The notes under the pieces were generated by a model that saw only the letters and a list, made by a program, of their open reading frames with translations, searched no databases and was not told the DNA's origin. Shown here in pieces: positions 26,410 through 40,200 of a stretch of 64,000 bases of DNA. The number at the start of each line of letters is the position of its first letter. The stretch's first letter is position 1. Both the position numbers and the translations under genes were made by a program. This stretch comes from Adineta vaga (taxonomy: Eukaryota > Animalia > Rotifera): contig CP075495.1 of NCBI GenBank assembly GCA_021613535.1, positions 2,976,001 through 3,040,000 of the forward strand, in the 5' to 3' direction.

Positions 26410-27405
26410 ATGGAAGCATTGGCTGGTGCTGGCCTATTACCATTACCGTCTAAATCAATGATGAAAAGTAAATTCTATCTTCCACCTGTGATTCAATCAG
26501 ATGATCTCTATCCGGTATTGGATGAAGTTGCTATGGATGTTAAAGCTGAAGAACATCGAAGAGAGGAAGATGAACAACAAGAAGATACATTAGTTAAATT
26601 AACACCATATCCAACTCTTGTTGAATTACAATCGATTATCGAAGAGCAAAAGTCTGATGCACCTGCAGTGATTGAACCTCCATCAATTGAACCATTGAGA
26701 GATTTCATTGAAAAACGTGCAATCACTATTGAAGGATTGAAAGAACTTCGAGCTCGAATGGCCAAACATATTTTAAATTGTAAAATATCCAATACGGTTG
26801 GTAATTCTGCATCCATTATTGGTGGTATTCTTTGTTTTGTTTTTCCTCCAGTTGGTGTTCCAGTCCTTCTTGCTGGTAGTGCTACTAGTCTTGGTATGTT
26901 TCGAATATAGAATTTTTTTTTCGTATCTATTTTCGTTGTGCTTTTAGGAACGGCAATTACTGAAAGTGTGATAGAAAAACGTCTTCGAACGAAATATACT
27001 ACTATGCTAAAAGAAGATTCATTAGCGATGCAAATTTGTGAATCAAACTTAAAAGATATTACTGCTTGGCTTGTTACTGTTTATTCACTTGGTTATTCTG
27101 TATCAAAAGCTGGAGTTAATTTCTTACAACTTTCCCAAGCCATTCAAGCTGCAGGTACATTAGGCGCATGGGCTGAATTAGTTGGACAACTGCCATCATT
27201 AGCTGGAGCATTGGCAACTGGTGCTAAAACTGCTGGAACAATCAGCGGGAAAATACTCGGAATTTCAGTGATTATCTCTGTGGCTGATCTTATTCATACA
27301 TGGGTATCAAAAAGTGCAACATTAAAATCCATTGACAAAGATATTGCACTACTTGAACAACAATTAACCGAATTAAAACGTATTGCCGATGCGTACCATG
27401 CTTAG
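26410..27405 (+). CDS. Apolipoprotein L-like protein (2 coding exons)
   Basis: ISNTVGNSASIIGGIL...PPVGVPVLLAGSATSLGTAITESVIEK hairpin, Gly/Ala-rich segment, C-terminal helix SKSATLKSIDKDIALLEQQL; intron about 26894-26948. Confidence 0.7.
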
Positions 27406-27453
27406 TCAAATATTTTACTTATATTTTTTTACTTAGAAATAAAAAACACATAT

Positions 27454-27783
27454 TCATTTGAGACTATTTCGAATATTTTCAAAGAGTTTTTGTCCTTGTT
27501 CTATTCCATTATCGAGATTTTGTTTTACGATATCAGTATTTGGTAAATGTTGTGATAAATTACCGATCCATTGCGCGATTGATGATTGAGAATTGGCATT
27601 AAGAGCGAAGAATTTTTCTTTGTATTCGTCGAAAATTTTTAATTGATCAGTGATTGATAAATTTTTCAATTTGCTAAGAAATTCATTGTCTTGTACTAAT
27701 TTATTGAAATCAATTGCTTTTGCAAGCTGTTGTTTGAGTTTATCGAAATTATTATCGATCGAAGTCGATGTATGTTCAGTCAT
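27454..27783 (-). CDS. Small uncharacterised helical protein (109 aa)
   Basis: Intronless ORF with protein-like, amphipathic-helix composition and no Cys; no recognised domain. Confidence 0.55.
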   Translation of the reverse strand: MTEHTSTSIDNNFDKLKQQLAKAIDFNKLVQDNEFLSKLKNLSITDQLKIFDEYKEKFFALNANSQSSIAQWIGNLSQHLPNTDIVKQNLDNGIEQGQKLFENIRNSLK

Positions 27784-28367
27784 TGAAAAGAAAATAAATT
27801 ATTATGCTTGTTGCTATGAATACAATTGATTCTATAGTTACTAACAATGAATTGCGTATGAATGAAATTGATAACAAATTAGTTTTGACCTCTATTTTTA
27901 TCATGGAGCGTCTGTTCTTGGCACTCCTCTTTATTAATTCAGAACTCCATGATTATGAACTTGATTTATTCAAAAACAGAATTAGAATAAATCCGTCTTA
28001 TATTCGAATCTGACAGATAATTAAAAGTTTTATCAGATAATTCGACTAATTTAATCAGCTTAAAGAATATTCAGAAAAGCTTCTGACGTACATACTGCCC
28101 AGGTACTTTCATATGATATCCGTTCAGTGAGTACACTCATTCGAAAATCACATCTATGAAATTGTAAAAGAGATTTTTTGTATTTTTACGAACAAAACAA
28201 AAACAAATGTCTCGCTGCATATAACAGATGTTTTTATATATGTATGATATTTACAATTTACTTGTATTTTTCTGCATTAGCAGAAATTGAGAAGAGACCG
28301 AACAATAATAGGGAAAAATAAGATCAAAATACAAATCACCGTGATGCTTTCAAGGAAAAAATTCATT

Positions 28368-30950
28368 TTATAATTCTGTTCTTTCACCGTTTTCAGTTTT
28401 TGCTGCTGAATTGTTTGCACCTATCGGTACTGGATTTGACTGAATAATGACTTCAGTGGAATGTTTTAATTTCCAATTGAGAAAAATGATAATACAAGCA
28501 ATACCCGATATTAAACGTGTAGAAAAACCTGATATAGCCATTGACATACCCATACGTTTATTGTCATAAACTTTACATGTTCGTCGTGAATAACAATCTG
28601 TTAACCATACTAGACAAGATTGATCAAAAACGAACCCAAATAATAATGGACCAGTGGTTTGACCAAATACTCGAACAATTGTTTGTCTAAGACCAAGTGC
28701 CATACTTTGATAATGAAGTGGAACACTATAGAGAAGAACTTGTAACATTGGAACTTGAATAAATGCTGTAAAGAACACAACGAATGCAGCACCTGTCATT
28801 GTTAATGCAAAAATTAATGTACCTATGTAGAAGTCAAATAATTAGTAAATACAGATGAGTTTTTTTTCTCTTACAAGGTATTCGTCGAAATCGACAAGCT
28901 GCTTCAGTTAATATTATTGTTTCTTCACTTGCACAATTACATGAATAATATATACTACTACCGTTCGTCGGAAATGTCGTTTGATTAGTACAACCAAAAT
29001 GACAAGGTGATAAATACATTCGACGAGGGTTAGTTTCAGTACAAACTAAAAGAAGATGATTATGTTAAGAACAATTGACTCAAATGTTTCAATCTTACCT
29101 GGATAATATACATTACGACAACAATCAGCATTTCGATTTGAACAAGATGAATATTCAAATTTGAGTTCAGGACAAGATAATGTTAAGAATAAAAATAGGA
29201 AAGATGAAGCTGTAAATACGATACCACAGACACGTGCACATCGCATTGGTGTCCAAGAGAATTTATTCATACACAAGGCACCAATTGGACAACCAATAAT
29301 CACGGATAATAATGCAATGGCACCGGTTATTAATGTGGCTGAAGATGTATCTAATTGATGTTGATATTCGAAATATTTTGTAATAAATGGTACAAATCCT
29401 AGAAAAGAATTATATGTATTGAATGAAATGAAATCAAAAATGATATTTACCTTTGATTAAAATGCCTTCAAATAAATGGGCAATAATAATTAAAATATAT
29501 CGCATATTTTTCAATAGATCATGTATGACAGAAAACATATGTCGACAATTTTCAGCAAGAGTTCGATTGATACTAGATGTTGATGAATCAGTCACCGATG
29601 ATAATGTCGTTGTTAGTGTTGATGAAGGTGTTATATTACCCGTTGATATTTGATTGGGTAGTGATTCTGTGGAATATGCATGATTAACGATACCTTCATT
29701 TCCATTATCATTCGATAATGATGAAGCAGTTGTAGGTCTTTGTGGTAATGGACTTAATTGACGTAGTTTTCGATTTGATAAACGATATTCATTTGCCAAT
29801 GGTTTCAATGCAGGTAAACTCTTTTCAGATGGATTTGGTTCATTTAGAACTGAATTCGATGTATCATTATATAGAGCCGGTGTAGGTGGACATGAACTAA
29901 GTATAGAAATAGTCGTCGCACTGTCTTCGCGCTGAATAGTTAAATCTAAAGGAATAAAATATACGCATCCCTTTCTTCTAAAATAACTACTCAATTACTT
30001 GGTGGATTTGGATTATTTTCAGTGGATTGAGTTGTTATATGTGTGGCGCCAGGTTCTTCAAAATTGGGGAGACCAGACACCAACAATCCAATTGCTAAAC
30101 ATAATCCACCATAAACAATATAAGGTAACCACCAACATCCAACCCAAAGTGGATGATTCGGTGTTAACCAATATGGTAATCTTCGAGCTGGAGTTAATTT
30201 TGTATAGATTAATAAAAATCGACCTGTTGCGACAATACCAAGTGCACCACCAACTGTTCCAACAGCAAAATAAATTCCTTGACAATATGCTGCTTTTTCT
30301 CGTGGAAAAATTCGTTCAATATATGCAATACCAATTGTAAACAGTGCAACACTGCCGATACCATTAATAAAATTTCCGCTATATAACAGAAACTTGGCTG
30401 CTTTTGCTGTATTAGCTAGACGTTCTTGTTTCAAACATGAAACATCAGTTATATTTAAATCATTGAATGGATCTTTATAACATTGAAAAAGAACATTATT
30501 ATAAGATGAAATAAGTTGAGTTGAATCTGTATTGAAATTCAGTGTATTTTCTCGATGAACAAAATTACTTGAAGCAATAAACATATTACCAATGCCGACA
30601 ATAATCATATTCAAAGAAAAGAACATAGGCGATGAATATCGGCTACCTAAATAGCCAACGATTGGAGAAGAAAATACGGTGGCTAAATCATATAATGCTA
30701 AGAAAAGACCCGATTGTACACTATTTAAATAGAATACACGTTCTAATGTTGATATAACCGCATTATTTGCACCATTCACAGTAAAATTTTGAATAAAATT
30801 ACAAATACATAAGATAATATAGGCAAATACTGGTTGACTTAATACTCCACCATACCGAAAACTTCTCCAACCAAAGAGATTATATTTCATGTGTGTATAA
30901 TCATTTCCATTAGTTTTCGCCGTTGTTTGAATAATTACTTTCGGTGTCAT
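28368..30950 (-). CDS. SLCO: Solute carrier organic anion transporter (OATP/SLCO)
   Basis: ISTLERVFYLNSVQSG, HPLWVGCWW, Kazal-like YLSPCHFGC, FGFVFDQSCLVW...CKVYDN. Confidence 0.92.
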
Positions 30951-32803
30951 TTGATTTTCGATACTATTAAATATATTGAATCATTTTTGCTTTACTTTTT
31001 TCGATGAAATCAATATCTAAAATATATCAATTTAGTTGATATTCAATCACAAATGATTTTCGAATCGGTGATGAGCTCAACTTAACCTTTACAATAAACC
31101 TTCTTACCAATGAAATGAGGAAATAATACTACTTCGAACAGCGAATTGATTTAAGCAAACATTAATGTTGTCCTTACCTTCATGTACAGAAGTAAAATTT
31201 ATAAAGTACATTCAAACATACGTATATATATACAACTCAGTCAACGACTAGATATATCATTTTTGATTAATGTCAATATGTAACGTTATATGTCTTTGAT
31301 TACTTATTTTTGCTGCTTCTACAAGAGATAAAAAATTCGAATATTGCTTTACATACTTTCTATTTAGTGGGTATGCTAAGAGAATCTAATAAGATGATTA
31401 AAAGAAGAAAAGGAATGACAACAGATTTGCAAAAAAAAGAAAGAATTTCATAAAAGAAAAGTTACCATGACTTTCAATCTAACAGAAAACATCTTTTTCT
31501 CTTCTTTTAGTATTTTAGCAACAGATGGAAAGGGGGAGAAAAATAGACAATTATATGAGAATAATATTAAAGTTATTCGAAGATGAAAAGATCAATTACT
31601 TCAATAGATTTTTACGTAGGTGTTCAAACTGTCTGAAGATAAAAGCTTGTTTTTCTATCTTTGTTTAAACTATCTGCAAGTTGGTACCATGTAACCATAT
31701 GTTAATAAATGTCTAAACAAGTTACTTACAATGTATTGGAATATTATTCTTAGAGAATGAAAAACTCGACATACCTTCGCTCTTTTTCCTTTTCTTTTTA
31801 ATTTAACTAGAATTTTTTTTCTCCGGTCGTATCTTTTTTTCTTTATTAAAGGTGATGAAAACGATGTTTTCCGTTCCTTTTTTCTTCTTCTTCTTCTAAC
31901 TATTTGAAAAACTAGGCAAGAGAAAAAAGACACTTGACTAACTCGATGTTCAAAATGTTCACTATCTATTTTCAGACATTCTCTTTATTAAATAACAGGA
32001 TACAGTCAATGTCAGATTGGTGTAAAATTCTAAAAGAATAGTCACTTTTTCATTCTGAAACAACATAATGAACAAGAAAACTAAGAATTGCTTTTGATAT
32101 ATTCTTTTTAATGAAGGTCTGACGTCGTATATTACAAAAGAGAGATGATAATAATAATGAGGATGATGAGATATTCTAATGCAAAAGACAGGAAGAGAAT
32201 TTGAGTGAGTAAATCTTAATGTAAAGAGAAAAAAAGGAAGAATACAAAGGACGATGAATATGAGAGAGAAAAAAAATATGTTGCTAGTTGTTTGCTTTTT
32301 TTAAAGTAAATAGAATCAGTGTCATGTGCGTGTTTTCTTCGTTGATGATCTTAATTTAGTAAGTATTTATAAATAAAAGATAAAATTCGTCACGCAGTCG
32401 AAGATCTTATTTATCTAATAAAATTATTTTGATTATTATTACATAATAGAGTTCATAAAGACACCTGAGGATGCTCTGGTTTCTGTTGATTTTCAAGTGC
32501 AAATAGAAAATTTGTTATTTCAATGAAGACAAAAACAAGACAAACTGATTGTACATGCTAATATTAAAAGCAAATATAACTGACTGATTTAAAGGTACGG
32601 TGCACATTTCATCTAGTTACTGATTTGTAATAGGGATATTGACAATCAACGAATGGAATAAAAAGTATTATTAGTATCAAAGAAACTCGACATTATGTTC
32701 ATCAAGTATAGATTTGTACTAACAAAAATCCATTTTAAAGTTAGTATCATTCAACGTACAATTTATTTCATGTATAAAAAGAAAACACTCTCAACATTTT
32801 TGA

Positions 32804-33647
32804 CTAAGCTTCAAAATTTGCTACAAATGCTACGATCGCTACAGTACTAACTATAATAGTCATATAATTATAATGTCTATCATCAATCACATGTTGACAT
32901 TCTTCTTGTTCAATTTCTGATCGAGGTGATGAACAATGTTGTGGAACTGAACGTCGTTCACGTGATGAAGCTAAACGAATATTTTCTCGTTGAGGTTGTT
33001 CCTGAGCAAGAAGAAAATATTCGCTATCACACGAAGATAATGTTGTGGGTGCTGATTCAGCTAAACCATGTCGAATAAGTTCTTTATTGATATTTAAATT
33101 ATTCTTTGCTAAATTATAAACTTCACCAAAAACATATGCGCCTGGAGATTGAATGGAACGAGCAATAACATGTACACGAACGAGATCATCAAGTTTAACA
33201 AATGCTTCTAAAGGTCTAAATAAATTTAAAAAAAAAGGATTTGTTTTTGTGGAAATAAGTCGCAAATGTCAATTCAACAAACTTATAAGTAAGCGGTTCA
33301 AGAGGATGTTTACGAAGAAAAGCAGCTTTCCACATATTTGTTGTATATATACATGCTAGTTTAATACGTGTTGTACCATTATATCGTGTTCGTACGGTTA
33401 TGGTATCAATACTAAGATGTGTAATTTGTCCGACTGAAAAAAAAAGAATAAAACTAGATTTGAAAACAAAAAATCTAACATGATTTATTTTACCTATATC
33501 AAACGGAAATTCAAGTGCACTTAATTTACTAATATTATGATATTCTTGTTGTCGTTGGAGAACGGTAAGTAAACGAGTAGAATTTATATTATTATTACCA
33601 TTGCATTTGACAATGGTCAAAACAACGAATACAAACCAGCGACACAT
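32804..33647 (-). CDS. Staphylococcal-nuclease (SNase/TNase)-fold protein with signal peptide and C-terminal hydrophobic anchor, 3 exons, 238 aa
   Basis: Exons 33647-33494, 33433-33283, 33215-32804 join in frame (717 nt); SIDTITV, RIKLACI, FGEVY, NINKELIRHGLA, LLAQEQPQRE follow the SNase motif order. Confidence 0.65.
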
Positions 33648-34227
33648 TCATTCAATATCAATTTGTTAATTTATCATTGTAAATACTCTTCAATAGAAGA
33701 TAATAAAGAACCTTGAACATCATTCGTGATTACTAAGTTGTAGTTGGTTATCAAATATCAAGTGTTCCGTCTTCCGAGATGTTCAGACGCGGTCATGAGA
33801 ATCAAAGATGGAGCAATGAACAATGTAAATTCAACATTGTATGTGGTGGCATCATCGATCTATGATTATTTCATATAAGAAAAATTTTCGATGAATAAAA
33901 TGTTTCATTTTATTACTTTTTCTTTACTTTTCACTATACTTAACTTTTCTTTCTTGGAAATGTGAAGAACTTGTTAGATGTCGCTAAAATTCATCATTTG
34001 ACATCGCATGAAAATAAAAACATGAAATAAGTATTTTTTTTATTTGCATGCGTATCCGTGTTCGATATAAAAACGATGATCTGCTGTAATAAACCTCTCT
34101 GCATATCAGTAAAATGTAAAGAAGTCATTTTTATTCGGTAATATAAAAAGACGATTCATGTACAAAACAATATTAATAACATAATCGAAAGTTCCTTCTT
34201 TTTTTCTACTTGATATTATTATGTATA

Positions 34228-37200
34228 TTAATTAGTTCCATATGTTAATCCTGAGTGGACAGGAGTGTATTCGCAGATTGTTTTAAAGTATTAGCAAACC
34301 AATTACGAAGATATGCATTATTTGTTTGAGCTCCAAATTTCGGATTTAGAAACCATTCAAGTTCAACATATGCATCTGAATCAGTCAAACGAGGTACAAT
34401 CTATAATTAATAGAATATGTAACATTAATATGAGTAGATGAATACAATTTTAAACATACTTTTGATAAAGTTTCATCGTCATTTTCTATTTTAACAGTCT
34501 GTTCTCCTGTGAGAAGAACGAATAATTCTCGTAAAATTGAGTGTATTTGATTCTAGTAGAAAAATAAAGAACAAATGATTCATGTAGTTTAATGATCTTT
34601 ATGGTTTACTTGATTTATTTGTCTTGGATCTGTTTCTGCAATCTGAGCAAGTGGTAAATATCTAGAAAATAGAATGAGATTATTATTTTCAAAATGACTT
34701 CATTGTAAGATATAGAAATCAGTAAACATACTTTTTATGTAAATGAAGTAATTTTTCTAATGGTACAGACACAACATTAATCAAATCATCATTTCCAGTT
34801 GTATAAAAACCAAAAACAGGTGATAATTTTTCGTTTTCTCCTTGTAATGTATATATACGTATTGTATTCGATGAATACCATGCTAAACTAAATTCTGTTT
34901 TTAATTGTTCGTCAGATAGTTCTTTTTTTAGCATATTCAAATGAATATTTGGACAATGTTCAAGATCATCATCATTCATTCCATCATTGCCATTTATTTG
35001 TGCACTACGAATCTTTCGTGCTGATGAAACTGATGCTCGACTTGGTAATTTATCTGTTGATGATGAAGTTATTTGTAATACATTGTCATGATAGATATCC
35101 GATGGATATATTGACATACATTGTGATGAATAATGATAGAGAGATTGTAAAGTTTGTGTGACGCCAACAAAGCGTGGAAATACGTGTAAAAAGAAAAGAT
35201 TTGAACGACCAACGGCATCACAATCAAATGAAAGTAATTGACGATTATCAAGACGTTTAGCAACATTATTTTGATAATCTGAAGAAAGAAAGGAAATGAA
35301 AAATGAAAAAGAGATGATAATATCTTACTAAGAAGATGTAACCATGTTAAATCTTGTGTGGCTGTCATATTGAGACGATCAAGTTTCGAATCAAATGATT
35401 CTGGTAAAGATTTTGCTTCGAAATGTGGTGCTAATGTTAAAACTTCTTTTTCGGCTTGACCTATTTGAATCAATAGATTATAATTGTAAGATTGAAATTC
35501 AATTTATTAAACTCACTTTTAAAAATACGTCGACGTTCTGGAAATACAAAATAACCGATGATATCACCTGCTAAGTATGTGGGCCAATTTACTTCATCTG
35601 TTTCAGAGAATTCTTCAGCTAGGCCAGGTAATTGTACACTAAACAATGACAAAAAAGAGCAATTTCATGTAACTACTTTGTTCAACTTTTCGAAATACCG
35701 TTGTTTTTGATTGACTGCCATTTGTGTTGCAGTACGTATCGCTATTGATGCTGCTTGTTTTATCTGTTGTTGTTGTTGTTGTTGTTTTTGATGTTGAGTA
35801 TTCGAAGTATTATTCGAAACAGCAACACTAGCACGTACTTTCGTTTGTTGCTGTTGTGTAGATACTGATGATGGATCAGTTGCTTGACCTTGTGATCTGA
35901 CTAATGGTAAAGATTTGATTGATAATTTTCGTGTGACATCGATCGATACGCGTGTATATTCAAGTAAGACAATGGCCAATTCAAAATAACATGTTTGAAT
36001 AAATTGACCATCATTTGTACTAAAATAACAGAGACGAATAGCATCTAATAGATATTGTACAACTGTTTTTAATGGAATTGTTATTGTAGACGTTAAATTA
36101 ATACGTTTTTGTAAACGACCAATACGAGCTAAATGTAAAAGACATTCATAATCAATATTAACATAACGTTCGACTAATGTTCGATTCAATGTTAAACATT
36201 GACGAAATAATGTTTGTGCATTCTCAAATAGATTATTCATTGTTGGATTTTCATTTAATGATCGATATGCTGAATCAACAATGATTGTTGCTGTACGTAA
36301 TTTAGCAAATACTAATGGAAGAAGTAGTGGTGAATAGAGATTTGTTAATGGAATAATAGGCATTGAAAACCAATCGTGAGGATGAGTAGAACTTGTCATT
36401 TGAATACGTTCACGCATTTGAACAAGCTAAATAGAAAAGAATCAAATTTCGAGCAAGATTTTTCATCAGAATATAAATATACATACAAAATCTAGTATTG
36501 ATGATTGTAATTTATCATTTTCTTTTTCTTCAATAAATTTCGTAACAGTTCCATTGAAATCTTGAACACATTGATGTTCCCAAAGAAGTATTTGTGCTAA
36601 TGATTTATTACATAAAATCTCGACAGACAAAAGATTATTCTGTTGAACTAAAGCTGATTGAAATAATTGACAAGCTGTATTCAAACGTTGTATATTTTCT
36701 TTAATATCTACTAATTCACTTAAATTATGCAATGATTTATATAATAAAAACGTTGCTTGCATTGATTCCGATTGATATTGTTCAGATTCAATTAAACCAT
36801 GATCAATATAAACATTAACATTAGCTAATTCTTCACGTATATGTTCATCGATACCTTTGACTTTGCCTAACGAATTAATTTGCTGTAAAATTATATAACA
36901 AAGATAAGCACGTTGTTTTAACCATGTATAAACATTTAAATTATGTGAATAACGACTATTAAAAAGGATATTCAATGCATTCAATGTTTTTTGTGGATGT
37001 CGAGTAATAGCACTTGCACGAGGATAGGATGATTTACGTTTTACTGATCTAAACAATTAAAACAATAAAAAAAAACAGAACTATGAATTTGAAATTTAAT
37101 TTACCCATTTGCTATTTTCTTTTCGGAAATATTATCTTCTCCAATAGTTGATAATACTTTTAATGTTTCTAAAGCATATCTTGCAGCTAATTGATCAAGA

Positions 37201-40200
37201 TGACATTGATGTGCACATTCAGCTAATAGTGTTAAACAATCAATAAGTAATTGATATTCAAATGATTCTAAATTTGATGGATGATCACGAGATAATTCAT
37301 CTGTTTGTTGTAAAATATTCAAACATTTCTCAGCAAATATCTTTCCAGTGCCAATAAGATAAGATTTCATATGAACAAATGAACACGATGATTCATCTGA
37401 GAAGATCACTGATTTTCCTTTTGCTATGAATGATAATTAAGATTAAATACATAAGAAAAGAAAATATTGTTCATCGACTTACTTCCATCACTACCGCTAA
37501 CAGTTGTTCGACGATATGTACGTGAGATGGGTCCAGTTAACATTTCTTTTAATTCACTATTTCTAAAAATACATATATAATTATGTTCGTATGAGAAAGA
37601 AAATCGACGGGAGAACTTACTGAAATAGATCCAGATCAGCTATGACTGGAATACGTGCTGCCAAACGAATGAAAAATAATGATAAAAGATAATGAAATTC
37701 AATCGATAGATGAGTTCCATAGAGCTGAGAAATTGTTGGAGATAGTTTTACTGTCAGAAGACCTTCCAGTGCCTAATATACATATATATATATATATATA
37801 AAGTATACATCGATTGAAAAATGACGATCGACTTACTCCGACATTATCATCTGATATAATACTTTTAGCATTATCAAAATATTTTGGCTAAAATATAGAA
37901 AATCAGGTTGATCAATTGAATGAAATATATTATTTTACTTTATATTTTGATGAATTCGTATCCGATAAACTCAATCGATATTGTCCTGGTAGTTGTGGAT
38001 GAGGTAATTTTTGTCCATCAATAAGCATATAAATAATTTCATGTGCTTCATGAAATAAATTCAAATGAATTAAAGCACGTAAACGTAAAAGTCGAGCTTG
38101 TACTGTATGTTGAGTATTTCGACAATGTAAAGCAAAAACATCATACAATGAAATAACCGGAAGAACCTAGAGGAGAATTTATATTTATCGACATACATTT
38201 TTCCATATTTAGCTTACTTGAAGACAAATATCATGACGAATGAGTGCTTCACTCGTATAAGCTAATGTATCCATCAATGTCCATGGATTTAAACGAAATT
38301 CATCGCTTGTTAATTGTACACCGGGCCATACATGAACAGAATGGTCAATAAATAAAGTTGCATAATCCAGATCATGTTCCGAATGTGGTAAAGTATAGAA
38401 GAATATTGAACGTAGAAAATAGGCACTTAATAAACATGTTTGAAGATGTTGATCACAATTTAAATGAATATGATATCTAAAAGAAATTTGGAATAGAAGA
38501 ATTAAAAAGGAAATCTCAATATTTACTTTGCTAATTTTGATATAACTATAGCACACAATAAACATCCCCAAATACCACATTTTTGAATCAATTGTGTACG
38601 ATTTGATAATAAATTTTTTAATGAATCTTTTTTAAACCAAGTTGTGATAACATCCGTACTATCGAGTATTGTATCAATTACATCGCACCAGACAGTTTTC
38701 GATTCCCTAGAAAGTATTAACTATATGTTTTAGTCTCATGAGATAGTATTGATGTCACTTACATTAATTTATCGCAATGAAAATATAGATCACCCAATTC
38801 AGTCTGTATTTGACAGTAAAGATCACGACGATTTTGACCCAATAATAATTCTATATATATGTAAAAATTTGATATATCAATAGTGAGCTTTCTTCGATCT
38901 TACTCGCTAATGTTTGATATGCATCAATAACTGATTCTTTCGTAATTTTTGTTGATGGTGATGTATCAATCTTATTATTTTCTAATGGTGAGAATTCCAA
39001 TGGTTCACCAGGTGTTAATGGTCGAAATTGAAGTGTTGATATTGTTTCTTTCTTTCCAGAAATTTGTCTTTCTTGTTTGGAAGTATCTTCCGTAATCGGT
39101 GTAAAAATTAGGAAATCTTTTGTTAATTGTTGTTCTTGTTTAAATATATAGAATGCGAACATTTTTCGACATTCAATTATTGATCGAGAGGAAAAATGAG
39201 TCTTTTCTAAACCTTGTCGTAAAAGTTTACGACTAAATTCCACATCCAATGGTATACTAATCAATTCTAAGGCATGATTTGTTTCTAAATACAAGAAAAG
39301 AAAACGATAAGAATAAAAAGAAGTTCATTTGAGATAACATACGAGCATAGAAATCAAATCCTTTTGGATCAAGTCGATCATCAAGACTAAGAGGTAGACT
39401 GGGATTTTCATATGCATCATTTGAAATTTTAAAGAGTTTTTCTGGTCGAAGTGTATAAAAATCATCGGGATGTATAGGTCGTCCTAAAGTAGCAATTGCA
39501 GCATTGAAATGTGGTTGATCAATTGAATTGTGTCGATCACGTAATTGTTGTAATAATGCTGTTTGAGCAGCAATTAACAATGGACTAACTAAATCAGCAA
39601 AATAATGACTAAAAGAAAAACAAACTAAATAATAATATTCAGTCGTTTTATAATGATTTACTCGGATAGAGCATTGAATTTCATTGCTATCGTTCCTAAT
39701 TTTTCCCATTTAGCTGCAACATACAATGCATGTAATGCTCGTAAAATAAATTTCTTAACAAATCGTAGATCCATTAATATCGTTCGATCTTGTGGTTGTT
39801 CGAAATTAAATGTTGTTCCTGTCCATGAACATTCAATATTTGTAAACCATTGATTTAATTTATTTGAATTTGTATTTTTCAATTTATCATTTTGATTATC
39901 ATAGAATGGTTTTGTACGAAAGAGCATATCGAGAAGTAATTCACTTGCAATAAACATTGTTTGATAACTATGTGAAAGTAAAGCATTGATTGAAAAGATT
40001 TTATTCAATGTTGTCGTTGCAAGATATTGAATTAGTTGTTCCAAAGAATCATAAAATGATTTCGACACATTTTGTAATAATGTCCAATTATTTGAACGAT
40101 GAGCAAGTACAATTGAACGACGATAATGAACAAGAAAACGATCAATATAAGCACGAACACGTTTGAATCCATATGGATCTTGAGAATTCGATTGAGTTGG

